A stretch of 64,000 nucleotides of DNA from assembly GCA_044341565.1 (NCBI GenBank), contig JBIIRM010000001.1:1159-65158 (forward strand), given 5' to 3'. This document shows positions 1 to 10,785 of the stretch, piece by piece. A program made the position numbers and the translations under genes. The stretch comes from Minisyncoccia bacterium. Its GTDB lineage: Bacteria > Patescibacteriota > Minisyncoccia > SW-4-49-11. The notes under the pieces were generated by a model, which was not told the origin of the DNA, did no database searches, and worked only from the letters and a program-made list of their open reading frames with translations. Position 1 is the first letter of the stretch. Every line of letters begins with the position of its first letter.

Positions 1-910
1 CAAAAATATATATAGCTGGACATAATGGTTTAGTAGGTTCTGCAATTATAAGATATTTACAACAACAAAATTATACTAATCTTGTTTACAAGAGTTCCAA
101 AGAATTAAATTTAATGAATGAAGATGAGGTTTTTGCTTTTTTTGAAAAAAAAAGCCAGAGTATGTTTTTTTAGCGGCAGCTAAAGTAGGAGGTATATTAG
201 CTAATAGAGATTATCCTGCTGATTTTATTTATCAAAATTTGAAAATGGAAATAAATGTAATCGAGGCCTGTCGTAAATATGAGGTGAAAAAAATGATATT
301 TTTAGGAAGTTCTTGTATATACCCCAAGTTTGCAGAGCAACCTATTAAAGAAGAATATCTTTTAGATGGAAAATTAGAGGAAACAAATGAACCCTATGCT
401 ATTGCAAAGATTGCCGGGATTAAGTTGTGTCAAGCATATAACAAGCAATATGGGACAAAATTCATATCAGCTATGCCAACCAATTTATATGGAATAAACG
501 ATAATTTTGATCTACAGACATCACATGTATTACCTGCAATTATTAGGAAAATGCATGATGCAAAAGTTAATAATGAAAAAACTGTAACTTTATGGGGTAC
601 AGGATCGCCCAAAAGGGAGTTTTTATTTGTTGAGGACTTAGCAGCGGCTTTAGTATTTTTGATGAATAATTATGATACCAATGATTGGATAAATATTGGA
701 ACAGGGGAGGATATCTCCATAAAAGATTTGGCCAATATAGTAAAAGGTATAGTTGAATATACTGGAGATATTGTTTGGGATTCGTCTAAGCCAGATGGAA
801 CGCCTAGGAAATTGTTGGATGTCTCAAAAATAAAATCTTTAGGATGGAAAGCTAATACTAACTTAGTAGAGGGTATTATGATGACTTATGATTGGTTTTT
901 AAAAAAATAA
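1..910 (+). pseudogene. fcl: GDP-L-fucose synthase, 5'-truncated by the window edge and frameshifted in an A9 run (145-153)
   Basis: Frame 3 reads KIYIAGHNGLVGSA...FFEKK and hits TAG at 171. Frame 2 resumes KPEYVFLAAAKVGGILAN and continues through GSSCIYP, YAIAK and PTNLYG to 910. One added base in the A run restores the gene. Confidence 0.85.
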
Positions 911-987
911 AAGTTCATAGGACTATATCATACATATATATAGGGGGTATCAAATATGTATGATATAATAGGAGAAATTGTTTAGAT

Positions 988-2091
988 ATGAATATACTTT
1001 GGCTTACTTGGAAAGATACTGAACATCCTCTTGCTGGAGGTGCAGAAGTTGTTTCCTCGCAATTAGCAAAACAACTAGTTGAACATGGACATACAGTTCG
1101 ATTTATCACAGGGAGTTTTGCTGGAGCAAAGACAGAAATAATAAAAGATGGATATCAAATTAATAGAGTAGGGAATCGATATACCGTATATTATAAGGCC
1201 TCACAATATTATAAACAAAATCTTAAAAATTGGGCAGATATTGTCATAGATGAAATTAATACTATTCCATTCTTCTCCCCATTTTATGTAAAAGAGAAAA
1301 AAATACTATTTTTTCATCAACTTTGTCGAGAAATCTGGTTTTATCAGATGATATTTCCACTTAGTTTAATTGGATATCTGATAGAGCCAATTTATCTATG
1401 GTTATTACGCAATAATACGGTTATTACCGTATCTAATAGCACCAAATTAGATTTATTAAAATATGGATTTAAGGAAGATAATATTCATATTATTAGTGAA
1501 GGGATAGAGCTAGAACCTGTTCAAGATTTAAATTCTATTACTAAATTTGATAAGCCTACAGTATTAAGTCTAGGTGGAATTAGAGCAATGAAGAGAACCT
1601 TAGATATTGTAAAATCTTTTGAAATAGCAAAAAACACTATCCCAGAATTACAATTAATTATTGCAGGAGATTATCAGGACTCATATGGAGATAGAGTTTT
1701 AGATTATGTAAAACAATCACAATATCAATCAGATATACAAATATTAGGAAAAGTTAATAAGGAGAAGAAAATTCAACTGATGCAACAAAGTCATCTCATT
1801 GCCGTCACTTCTATCAAAGAAGGCTGGGGATTAATTGTAACAGAAGCTAATTCCCAAGGAACCCCAGCAGTAGTATATAATGTGGATGGACTTAGAGATT
1901 CTGTAAAAGATAAAGAAACTGGATATATTAGTGAACACAATACTCCTAGGTCTCTGGCTCAATCAATACAATTAGCCTTACAGGATAAAAAAGTATATAA
2001 TAGTATAAGGAAAAATGCTTGGGAATGGAGTAAGACCATAACTTTTGAGCAAGCGTATACAGATTTTAATGAAATAATATCTCAGTCATGA
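988..2091 (+). CDS. Glycosyltransferase family 4 (GT-B)
   Basis: N-terminal HPLAGGAE motif and C-terminal EGWGLIVTEA (EX7E) motif. Confidence 0.9.
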   Translation: MNILWLTWKDTEHPLAGGAEVVSSQLAKQLVEHGHTVRFITGSFAGAKTEIIKDGYQINRVGNRYTVYYKASQYYKQNLKNWADIVIDEINTIPFFSPFYVKEKKILFFHQLCREIWFYQMIFPLSLIGYLIEPIYLWLLRNNTVITVSNSTKLDLLKYGFKEDNIHIISEGIELEPVQDLNSITKFDKPTVLSLGGIRAMKRTLDIVKSFEIAKNTIPELQLIIAGDYQDSYGDRVLDYVKQSQYQSDIQILGKVNKEKKIQLMQQSHLIAVTSIKEGWGLIVTEANSQGTPAVVYNVDGLRDSVKDKETGYISEHNTPRSLAQSIQLALQDKKVYNSIRKNAWEWSKTITFEQAYTDFNEIISQS

Positions 2092-3737
2092 AAGTAAAGC
2101 CCCTAGTTTCAATTATAATTGCATGTAAAAATAATGCTCGGTATATACAGCAAAGCCTTAACAGTGTTCAAAATCAAACATATAAGAATTGGGAATTAAT
2201 TATTGTAGATAATTTCTCAACTGACGGAACATTTGAAATTGCCAAAGAATATACGGATAAAGTGTATCAATTAGGTCCAGAGAGGAGTGCTCAATTTAAT
2301 TACGGGTTTACTCAATCAAAAGGAGATCTTATATATCGTATAGGAGCAGAGTTTGAGTTAGAACCTGATGTAATAGAGAAATGTGTAGCTAAAATTCAGG
2401 AAGGTTATGATGCGGTTGCAATACATAACAGGAGTAGTAATACAATGGGTATATGGTCTCAGGTAAGGTATTATGAAAGAGAGTCTTATAAAGAAGATAA
2501 TATTGTTGTAGCAACAAGGTTTTGGAAAAGAGGGGTATTTGAATCTGTTGGTGGATTTGATGAAAATTTAGTAGCTAATGAAGACTTTGATTTACATAAT
2601 CGTATTGTAGAGAGGGGGTATAGATGGACTCATGTTGATGCAATAGAAGTTCATTTAGGCGAACCTAAAAACATTTTAGAAGTATGGAACAAATTTTATT
2701 ATTATGGTAGAACGATTGGTAATTATATCAAAAAAGATAAGCAAAATAAAAAACATATCAACATTATCCGACCAAGTTTTAGAAACATATATAAAATGAT
2801 GTATAAAGAAGGTGGTATAAAGCTTTTTTGTGCGTTTTGGATATATATGGGGGTGAAATTTATTGCTGGAGGTGTGGGTTATTTGGTAGGACCACCAAAA
2901 CAGTTGAGGAATAAAGATAGTATCTTAGTAAAAAATATAGATTTGAAAAAACCTCTCATTTCAGTAATAATTCCAACATATAATTCTTCTCGTACATTAG
3001 AGCGATGTCTACAAAGTATCAAAGATCAGACCTATACTAATATTGAACTCATTGTAGTAGATAATAATAGTACAGATAAGACAAAAGAAATAGCGAGAAA
3101 ATTTACAGATAAAGTATATAATAAGGGTCCAGAGCGTAGTGCTCAGAGAAATTATGGAGTAAAGAAGTCCAAGGGAGAATATGTCCTTGTACATGATAGT
3201 GATATTTATTTTAACCACAATACTATACAAGAATGTGTAGATACAATAGAGGTGGGGCCTTATAGAGCTCTTATATTACCAGAAAAATCTATAGGAGAAG
3301 GATATTGGGTTAAAGTAAAAGCTTTTGAGAGAAGTTTTTATGTGGGTAATGACTATATTGAGGCAGCTCGATTTTTCCCTCGGGATATATATACGCAATT
3401 AGGTGGTTATGATGAGAATTTAACTGGACCAGAAGATTGGGATTTGACAGTAAGAATACGAGAATTAGGGCTTAGTATTGGCCGTACCCCATCATTTTTA
3501 GAACATGATGAGGGAAGAATTGATTTATTGGGAAGTAGTAAAAAGAAACAATACTATGCGAAAGATATGTTTGGTAAATATGCAAATAAACAGTCAGAAT
3601 ATTTCAAAAAACAAATGAGTTTTTTTGTTCGTTTTCCTATATCTAAATTAATAATAAAAGGTATAAGGCATCCAATTTTATTGAGTAGTATGATATTGAT
3701 GAAAGGGCTAGAATATTGGAATAGTAAGAAAAAGTAA
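2088..3737 (+). CDS. Tandem double-domain GT2 glycosyltransferase
   Basis: Two homologous GT2 domains, each with SIII/SVII, IVDNxSTD and GPERSAQ motifs. Confidence 0.9.
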   Translation: MKVKPLVSIIIACKNNARYIQQSLNSVQNQTYKNWELIIVDNFSTDGTFEIAKEYTDKVYQLGPERSAQFNYGFTQSKGDLIYRIGAEFELEPDVIEKCVAKIQEGYDAVAIHNRSSNTMGIWSQVRYYERESYKEDNIVVATRFWKRGVFESVGGFDENLVANEDFDLHNRIVERGYRWTHVDAIEVHLGEPKNILEVWNKFYYYGRTIGNYIKKDKQNKKHINIIRPSFRNIYKMMYKEGGIKLFCAFWIYMGVKFIAGGVGYLVGPPKQLRNKDSILVKNIDLKKPLISVIIPTYNSSRTLERCLQSIKDQTYTNIELIVVDNNSTDKTKEIARKFTDKVYNKGPERSAQRNYGVKKSKGEYVLVHDSDIYFNHNTIQECVDTIEVGPYRALILPEKSIGEGYWVKVKAFERSFYVGNDYIEAARFFPRDIYTQLGGYDENLTGPEDWDLTVRIRELGLSIGRTPSFLEHDEGRIDLLGSSKKKQYYAKDMFGKYANKQSEYFKKQMSFFVRFPISKLIIKGIRHPILLSSMILMKGLEYWNSKKK

Positions 3738-3738
3738 T

Positions 3739-4716
3739 ATGGATTTAGTATCTGTAATTATAGTTAATTATAATGGTAAAAAATGGCTTCAAAAATGTCT
3801 AGACTCGTTATTGAATCAGACATATACTAATTTTGAAATTATTTTAGTAGATAATAAGTCTACTGATGATAGTATAAAGTTTTTGAAAACTAATTATTTA
3901 GATAAGAGATTAAAAATAATAGAGCATAAAGAAAATAGCGGCTTTTCGGGAGGAAATAATATCGGTATTGAATCTGCGAAAGGAGAATATATATTATTAT
4001 TAAATAATGATACTTGGGTAGACAGCGATTTTCTTGAAAAAATAATGACCTTCTATAAGAATAATAAGTACGATATTGTAGCTCCATATGAAAATGATTA
4101 TGAGGACACTAAACATCCTCAGTACAGTATACAAATTGATATATTGGGGCATCCTATGTATGATAGACAAAAAAATGATAAGGCAGATTTTTATCTATCA
4201 GGAGTATCGTTACTATTTAGGAAAGATTTTTATTTAGAAACAAAAGGATTAGACAATAATTTTTTTATGTACTTTGAGGAGATAGATTGGTTTTGGAGAG
4301 TTATGCTACTGGGGGGAATATTTAGACATATTCCTAATCTCTATGTTCATCATGCGGGTTCTGGTAGTACTGGTTCCGGTATCAAATATTTATCTTTTTT
4401 ATGGAGAAATCAAAACACCCTCCAAATGTTAATCAAAAATTATTCATGGTATAATTTGATTTGGGTATTACCTATATATATTTTACAAAATTTATTTGAA
4501 ATTATTTTTATGATTTTAATTTTTCAACCAAAGATTGCATTTAGTTATATACAAGGATGGTATTTTAATATTATTCATTTACCCCGCACATTGCAAGAGA
4601 GAAAATGGGTGCAAAAAAATAGAAAAATTAGTGATGCTGTGATTATGAATGTGATGTATAAAGGGTTTGCTAAATTTCATCATCTACTTGTATTTTTTAA
4701 GATAAAATCAGTATGA
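3739..4716 (+). CDS. GT2 glycosyltransferase (rhamnosyltransferase-like)
   Basis: SVIIVNYN, VDNKSTD, LLNNDT and FMYFEEID motifs. Confidence 0.9.
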   Translation: MDLVSVIIVNYNGKKWLQKCLDSLLNQTYTNFEIILVDNKSTDDSIKFLKTNYLDKRLKIIEHKENSGFSGGNNIGIESAKGEYILLLNNDTWVDSDFLEKIMTFYKNNKYDIVAPYENDYEDTKHPQYSIQIDILGHPMYDRQKNDKADFYLSGVSLLFRKDFYLETKGLDNNFFMYFEEIDWFWRVMLLGGIFRHIPNLYVHHAGSGSTGSGIKYLSFLWRNQNTLQMLIKNYSWYNLIWVLPIYILQNLFEIIFMILIFQPKIAFSYIQGWYFNIIHLPRTLQERKWVQKNRKISDAVIMNVMYKGFAKFHHLLVFFKIKSV

Positions 4717-5336
4717 GAAATCCTTATAAATTAAGTAAAGCTGGATATTCTACGCATTCAATTATAATTAACTCCACAGGGAATCAAGGTGTTGTATTAG
4801 ATGTAGGTTGTAATGATGGCTATATAGGTAAAGATAGTCATAAAGATGTCATTTTTTATGGGCTCGACTATTTATCAGAAAGTGTCGTAAAGGCTAAAAA
4901 AGTATATAAGGACGCCCATGTGTATGATCTTAATAATCTACAAAAATTACCTTGGGATATACAGTTTGATACAATAATTTTTGCCGATGTCCTAGAGCAT
5001 GTAATATATCCAGAAAAAACTCTACAATTTTTTGTTGATAATTATCTTCAATCTAAAGGAAAAGTCATCATATCATTACCTAATATTGCTAATTGGCAAA
5101 TTCGTCTACAATTATTATTTGGTAAGTTTGACTATACTGAAACAGGTATTATGGATAAAACTCATTTACATCTTTACACTTTCAAATCAGCCAAACAATT
5201 ATTAGAAAAGAGTGGATTACATATTACAGCAACATTTGGTGGGGCTTCATTTTTTGGTAAAATAATCACATATTTCCCATGGCTCAAATCATTATTGGCA
5301 ACTAATATTATATATACTTGTGAAAAAGTTAAATAA
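4713..5336 (+). CDS. Class I SAM-dependent methyltransferase
   Basis: VLDVGCNDG motif I; FADVLEH; GIMDKTHL. Confidence 0.9.
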   Translation: MRNPYKLSKAGYSTHSIIINSTGNQGVVLDVGCNDGYIGKDSHKDVIFYGLDYLSESVVKAKKVYKDAHVYDLNNLQKLPWDIQFDTIIFADVLEHVIYPEKTLQFFVDNYLQSKGKVIISLPNIANWQIRLQLLFGKFDYTETGIMDKTHLHLYTFKSAKQLLEKSGLHITATFGGASFFGKIITYFPWLKSLLATNIIYTCEKVK

Positions 5337-7578
5337 AGATATTATATTTATCGGTATATTAATATTGATAGGTATCATTTCTCATCTTGAATGGTTTAAT
5401 CCATATAGTATCTTGAATGATTCGGATTGGTATTTTTGGTATAATGAAACTATAAGAGAGTTAAATGTTGCTTATGGGGCATGGAATAATATGTTTGGCT
5501 TTGGAGTTCCTAATATCCAACTATATTTTAATATATTCAAGATACAATGGTATGTGATTGGTACATTAGGGTTCTCATATGATATTGCAGCTAAAATAAG
5601 CTTTTTAATCCCAGTTGCAATTATGGGATTTATTTCCCCCTATATATTATCAAGAAAAATTATAGAAGATAGATATATTTCATTTTTAGGAGCTATTTTT
5701 TATGGGACAACAACATATTTTTTGATTCGTCAAACAGCACATATTCCTGTTGCATTTATTTATGCTATGGCTCCAATATTAATATATGTATTTATTAATT
5801 CGTTACAGAAGAATAAATTATATTATTGGATTATATTTGTTATATTTAGTAGCATTTTGATGGGGTATGAGCTCCGAATTGTATATATTTTATATTTTAT
5901 ACTATTTATTTATATCAGTGTTTTTTGGCATAATAAGTTTATTACATACTATAAAAATATTATCATAAGTGGAATTATATTAGTCTTATTGAATCTTTAT
6001 TGGATATTGCCAACTATATTTGGGACCGCAGGAAGTGTGATTGAAGGGGTTGCTAATAGAGGTTTATTTGGAGATTTTCTGTTCTCAATGACTCAATCGA
6101 TTACATTATTTGATAGTGCTTGGACAGGATCAACACCCAATATAAATTTTGAGAAAGCTATTATTCCATGGCAAGCTTGGATAATACCAATAATAATTAT
6201 TGGTGGATTGGTATTATATAATAAAAAAGATCACACATTAGAAAATAAAAGATATGTACTGTTTTTTTTAATTGTATCAATATTGGGTATATTCTTAACA
6301 AAGCAATCCGCAGCACCCTTTGAAGGATTATATTTATGGCTATATCAATATTTTCCTGGATTTAATTTATTTAGAGAGGCTTCAAAATTTTATTTAATTA
6401 CAGCAATAGGGTATTTAGGCTTGCTTCTGTTTAGTTTACAGTCTATAAAACAAAATAGTAGTAGAAATATATACTATGGAATTACTATAATAGTATTTTG
6501 TGTATGTTGTTATAATTTGATACCACTTATTAATGGTTCTATAAAAACAATGTTTATATCTAAAGAAGTATCAAAAGACTATATTTTATTTAAGGATTAT
6601 GTATATAATCAGGATACATATTTTAGGACTCTATGGGTGCCCACATATTCACGATACGGTCTTTTTACAAGTCAAAATCCAATTATATCTAATGTAGCAC
6701 TATCTAGTTCGAGTAAGATATCGGGGTATATAACTGATCCAGGTCAGGCTTCTGAGGATTCCATTTTATCAGTTTATTTAGCATCAAACGCTAATCAACT
6801 GATGGATATTTTATCTATAAAATATGTTGTTGTCCCTTTACAAGATCCTGTTAATGATACGGATTTGTTTAGATTTTATGGAGGGAGTGTTAATCCAGAT
6901 ATTAGGAATTATTATATAAATCAATTAGATAAAGTTGATTGGCTCAGGCGAGTGGATATAGGTCAGGATAAATTAGTGATTTATAAAAATGAGGGTTTTA
7001 GAGATAATCTATATATTACAAAAGAATCTGAAGATATAGATCAAAATATCGAATTTGAAAGTATTAAATATAACCAGATTAAGCCCACACAATATACAAT
7101 ATCAGTAGAAAATCTTAAGGAAAATAGATATATTAACTTTACAGATACATATAATCTCGGATGGAAATTGAGAGTGGGTGCATTTAATTGGCTAACAAGT
7201 TTGAAGACACCAAATTACTTTCTACCTGATGAATTTCATTCTGAGAGTAAAATTGGATTAAATGAATTTACCATTGATCCAGAATATATAAAAGCTAATT
7301 TTGATAAGTCTATGTACAAAGAAAATTTGGATGGATCTATTGATGTAGAACTAACATTATACTTCAGGCCTCAGTCATATTTTTATCTTGGTATTATTAT
7401 TTCCCTGACTACTTTGATTCTATGTCTAGGGTATCTTGGGTTTTATTGGGTTAGGAGAAGAAAGAATCAGAATAATCTACCCCTCAATTTATCTCCCGTA
7501 GAGAGAGAGGAGAATGGGGGACAAAAGAAAAAACGACCTAAGTCAAAAGGTCAAACGAAAGCGAAGATAAAGAAGTAA
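5320..7578 (+). CDS. Large polytopic membrane protein, GT-C-like (AftD/YfhO-like) glycosyltransferase
   Basis: Many N-terminal TM segments, FPGFNLFREASKF loop, extracytoplasmic domain and C-terminal TM (YFRPQSYFYLG). Lies in a glycosylation operon. Confidence 0.6.
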   Translation: MKKLNKDIIFIGILILIGIISHLEWFNPYSILNDSDWYFWYNETIRELNVAYGAWNNMFGFGVPNIQLYFNIFKIQWYVIGTLGFSYDIAAKISFLIPVAIMGFISPYILSRKIIEDRYISFLGAIFYGTTTYFLIRQTAHIPVAFIYAMAPILIYVFINSLQKNKLYYWIIFVIFSSILMGYELRIVYILYFILFIYISVFWHNKFITYYKNIIISGIILVLLNLYWILPTIFGTAGSVIEGVANRGLFGDFLFSMTQSITLFDSAWTGSTPNINFEKAIIPWQAWIIPIIIIGGLVLYNKKDHTLENKRYVLFFLIVSILGIFLTKQSAAPFEGLYLWLYQYFPGFNLFREASKFYLITAIGYLGLLLFSLQSIKQNSSRNIYYGITIIVFCVCCYNLIPLINGSIKTMFISKEVSKDYILFKDYVYNQDTYFRTLWVPTYSRYGLFTSQNPIISNVALSSSSKISGYITDPGQASEDSILSVYLASNANQLMDILSIKYVVVPLQDPVNDTDLFRFYGGSVNPDIRNYYINQLDKVDWLRRVDIGQDKLVIYKNEGFRDNLYITKESEDIDQNIEFESIKYNQIKPTQYTISVENLKENRYINFTDTYNLGWKLRVGAFNWLTSLKTPNYFLPDEFHSESKIGLNEFTIDPEYIKANFDKSMYKENLDGSIDVELTLYFRPQSYFYLGIIISLTTLILCLGYLGFYWVRRRKNQNNLPLNLSPVEREENGGQKKKRPKSKGQTKAKIKK

Positions 7579-7579
7579 T

Positions 7580-9958
7580 ATGAAATCAGGAATTACTGGT
7601 CTAGATTGGGTGAAACTGGCAATTGTTATTGTAGTTTTTGGGATAACTTTTATCTTGTTAGGCAGTATATGGTCAGCTTTAATCTGGGCATATATTGGAG
7701 CTGTAATATTATTTCGATTAGATGGTAAATATGCAGGGTATGTGGCTATTACCTTTCTTGTACTCGCTCCTATTGCCTTGTCTCTCAAATTAGATAAATT
7801 GGCTGAAGCTTTTGCGGTGAATGTTTTTTATCTTATGTGTATTATGGTATTTAGTGAAATATGGAGTGGGCAGAGATGGCGCTGGCAAGGCTTAGAGAAT
7901 CTTTTGGACAGCATAGGGCATTGGACTCATAAACAAATTACCAAAATCCCTAATTATATTTGGATTATGGGGCTATTGGGCATATCTCTTGTATATGTGT
8001 CAGGGAAGTATTTCTTTAAAGAGGCTATTCCTCATAATAGTTTTTTGGATATGGGTGGTGCTGTGGTGCATTTTGATGTCTTTAGGATGTTTGGGATTGG
8101 ATGGTTTTATCAATTTGGATTTGCTTGGAATATATTGACGAGTAATTGGGCGGTATTATACACTCATACTCTTTCATTATTGGCAGGAGACTTTTATCTC
8201 GGGATAAAAATTCATCAGCTTATTAGTATTGGTGTTGCAGCTGTGGGTATTATAAAGTTGATGAGAGTTGTACTCCCTCAAGCGACAAAAAACACTCTTG
8301 GTATTGGGGTTCAGATTCTCGCTACGCTTATATATATATTGAATCCATTTTATCTCTCGGTATTAAATGGTGTGGTGGAATTTGGTATTGCTTATGCTTT
8401 GCTTCCTTGGATTGTAAATGATTGGATTTGGTTGATGAGACATAAGCCAAATTGGTTTGGGTTGATACATCGGACTTTGGTGTTGGGTATTATTGTAGCT
8501 TTGAGTACATTGATTTCAGGTATTACTATGGTATTTACTAATATTATTCCTCTTATAATTATTATGTTGGGCATTGCTCTGATTGATTATAAATCTCCAC
8601 GAGAATTAATGCGGCGATTGGGATTATTCTCATCAGTTTGGGTTATTGTAATCTTGGCGGGACTCCATATGCTTGTACCGACATTCTTTGGATATCGAGC
8701 GAATACAGGGTTATTGGATGAGTCTCAAACTCAGGAGCGTATAGTTCCTTTTGTAAAGGATTATTATTCTCCTACTATTGCAGAAATTGGATATCTTCAA
8801 AATAAAGAGGGTATTGTATCAGGAGAAATTGGATATTCTCTTAAAAGTATTCCTCTTGATAATCGTATTATTTGGCTTATTTGGACAAGTTTTGGTATTG
8901 TATCAATTCTCTGGATGAGGCGAAACAAATATATACTCCCAATTTGGCTAGGTTCTGGGATCGCGGGATATTTAGCTCTCGGTTATAGTCAATCTTGGTT
9001 ATATAGGGTATTAAATGAGTATTTCCCTTATTTTTGGGGGCTTAGAACCCCTGGAAGATTTATGATGGTATTTGTATTAGGTGTTGCTATGCTAGGGGCC
9101 CTTACCTGGTATTATGTAGTGACTGAGATGAAATCAAAACAATGGCGTATGCTCGGGTTATTTTCTATTCCCATATTCTTGATCATGATATTAGTCTCAG
9201 CTCGATATCAAAGTCTAAAAATGTATACATTCTATACAGTACCTTCCCTCAATGTTCATTATCCTGGTATAGATAGGGCTAAAAAGATTGTAGATAATCT
9301 TAATCCAAATCAAGAATATCGTATTCTCGATTTGACTCGAGATGATGATGGAGCTTGGAATCATACTCGAGCTATGTCTATTAATCAGAGAGTATTCAAT
9401 AATTTTGATAAGGTATTATTACAGCATTCTGTACCAAAATGGATACCGGTATTACGAGAAAATAATGTTAAATATATTGTGACGACTAGCTATGATAATT
9501 ATTGTGATGATAGATTTCAGGATGACAAAAATCTTGTTTCTTGTTACCTCTTGGAGCGAAGAGCTGAGTTGAATTTGGTGAATTCTACTGTAGAAGGATA
9601 TCGTATTTATGAAGTGCCTGATGTAAAAGAATATGTCTCTGGAGATAAGGTGGAGGTGGGATTTTCTTATAATCCTACCATAAGAACAGGGGATGATGAG
9701 CGCAATGTTAATGTAGCTGAAGTCTATAGTCCTCAATTCAAATGGACTTGTGGAGAGAAAACTATTGATACTAAATCTAAAACTAATGGTCTTACTCAAT
9801 CAGCAATATTACCTGCTAATTCAGAATGTAAATTTGGCTATCATAAATCTCGGAGTGTAGTAGTGGCTGAGACTATATCCTATGGACTCATTCTACTCGC
9901 AATATTAGGGGCTATGGGGCTTGCTATCAAAAGAATTTGGTTTTGGGGTAAGAAATAA
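7580..9958 (+). CDS. Large polytopic membrane protein, GT-C-like
   Basis: Many TM segments, YILNP, YALLP and LRTPGRF motifs, C-terminal TM. Adjacent to a DPM1-like GT. Confidence 0.55.
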   Translation: MKSGITGLDWVKLAIVIVVFGITFILLGSIWSALIWAYIGAVILFRLDGKYAGYVAITFLVLAPIALSLKLDKLAEAFAVNVFYLMCIMVFSEIWSGQRWRWQGLENLLDSIGHWTHKQITKIPNYIWIMGLLGISLVYVSGKYFFKEAIPHNSFLDMGGAVVHFDVFRMFGIGWFYQFGFAWNILTSNWAVLYTHTLSLLAGDFYLGIKIHQLISIGVAAVGIIKLMRVVLPQATKNTLGIGVQILATLIYILNPFYLSVLNGVVEFGIAYALLPWIVNDWIWLMRHKPNWFGLIHRTLVLGIIVALSTLISGITMVFTNIIPLIIIMLGIALIDYKSPRELMRRLGLFSSVWVIVILAGLHMLVPTFFGYRANTGLLDESQTQERIVPFVKDYYSPTIAEIGYLQNKEGIVSGEIGYSLKSIPLDNRIIWLIWTSFGIVSILWMRRNKYILPIWLGSGIAGYLALGYSQSWLYRVLNEYFPYFWGLRTPGRFMMVFVLGVAMLGALTWYYVVTEMKSKQWRMLGLFSIPIFLIMILVSARYQSLKMYTFYTVPSLNVHYPGIDRAKKIVDNLNPNQEYRILDLTRDDDGAWNHTRAMSINQRVFNNFDKVLLQHSVPKWIPVLRENNVKYIVTTSYDNYCDDRFQDDKNLVSCYLLERRAELNLVNSTVEGYRIYEVPDVKEYVSGDKVEVGFSYNPTIRTGDDERNVNVAEVYSPQFKWTCGEKTIDTKSKTNGLTQSAILPANSECKFGYHKSRSVVVAETISYGLILLAILGAMGLAIKRIWFWGKK

Positions 9959-10022
9959 TAAGATATTTTTGCATAAAATATAATTTCTATGCTATTATAA
10001 AGATAAGAATTTATCATAATAT

Positions 10023-10775
10023 ATGGTTGATATTAGTATTGTTGTACCGGCTTATAAAGAGAAGGATAATATTGCCAAAACAATTCAAGCTCTCGAGGCT
10101 TATGCTATCAAACAACCAGAAAATATAGAAATTATTATTGCAATTGATGGGTGTCAGGAGACTTTTGATGCGGCATATCCGTATGAGTCAGAGCTGACCT
10201 CGGTTAATCTCTCTACTCCAAATCAAGGTAAGGGTTGGGCTCTGAAATATGGATTACAATTTGCAAAGGGGAAATATGTTGTATTCTATGATGCGGGACT
10301 GGATTTCCCTGTTGAGAATATTTCATTGGTGATTGCTACCCTGCAGATTACCGAAGCCCCTGTTGTAATTGGATCAAAGCGAGCTCGCGGTTCAGTGATA
10401 AAATATCCTTTTATCCGGAAAGTGATTAGTTTTGGAGGACAATTAGTAACCTTTGTATTATTTGGATTGGGGGTTAGTGATACTCAAGTTGGTCTCAAGG
10501 GGTTTGAGCGAGAGAAAATCACCTTTATTATGGATCAAATGGTGGTAAAGCGTTATGCTTTTGACATAGAAATGTTAGTATTAGCTCGCTATTATAAATA
10601 TGCTATTCTAGAGGTACCAGTGCGACTTTATCTCAATTTAACTGCAAGTGGTGTGACATATAAAACAACTCGAGATACTCTGGTGGATACTCTTGGGATA
10701 TTTTATCGTCTTAGAATTCTGAGATATTATCAGAAGCAAGCTAAAAAGTTAAAAAAGAAAAAAGCCACTCCGTAA
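10023..10775 (+). CDS. Polyprenol-phosphate glycosyltransferase (DPM1/DPG synthase-like GT2)
   Basis: SIVVPAYKE, NQGKGWAL, DTQVGLKGF and FDIEML motifs. Confidence 0.85.
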   Translation: MVDISIVVPAYKEKDNIAKTIQALEAYAIKQPENIEIIIAIDGCQETFDAAYPYESELTSVNLSTPNQGKGWALKYGLQFAKGKYVVFYDAGLDFPVENISLVIATLQITEAPVVIGSKRARGSVIKYPFIRKVISFGGQLVTFVLFGLGVSDTQVGLKGFEREKITFIMDQMVVKRYAFDIEMLVLARYYKYAILEVPVRLYLNLTASGVTYKTTRDTLVDTLGIFYRLRILRYYQKQAKKLKKKKATP

Positions 10776-10785
10776 GGGGGTGGCT
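10751..10785 (-). terminator. Intrinsic terminator of ORF 10784-11515
   Basis: Minus strand AGCCACCCC-CTTAC-GGAGTGGCT followed by TTTTTCTTTTTT. Confidence 0.8.
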
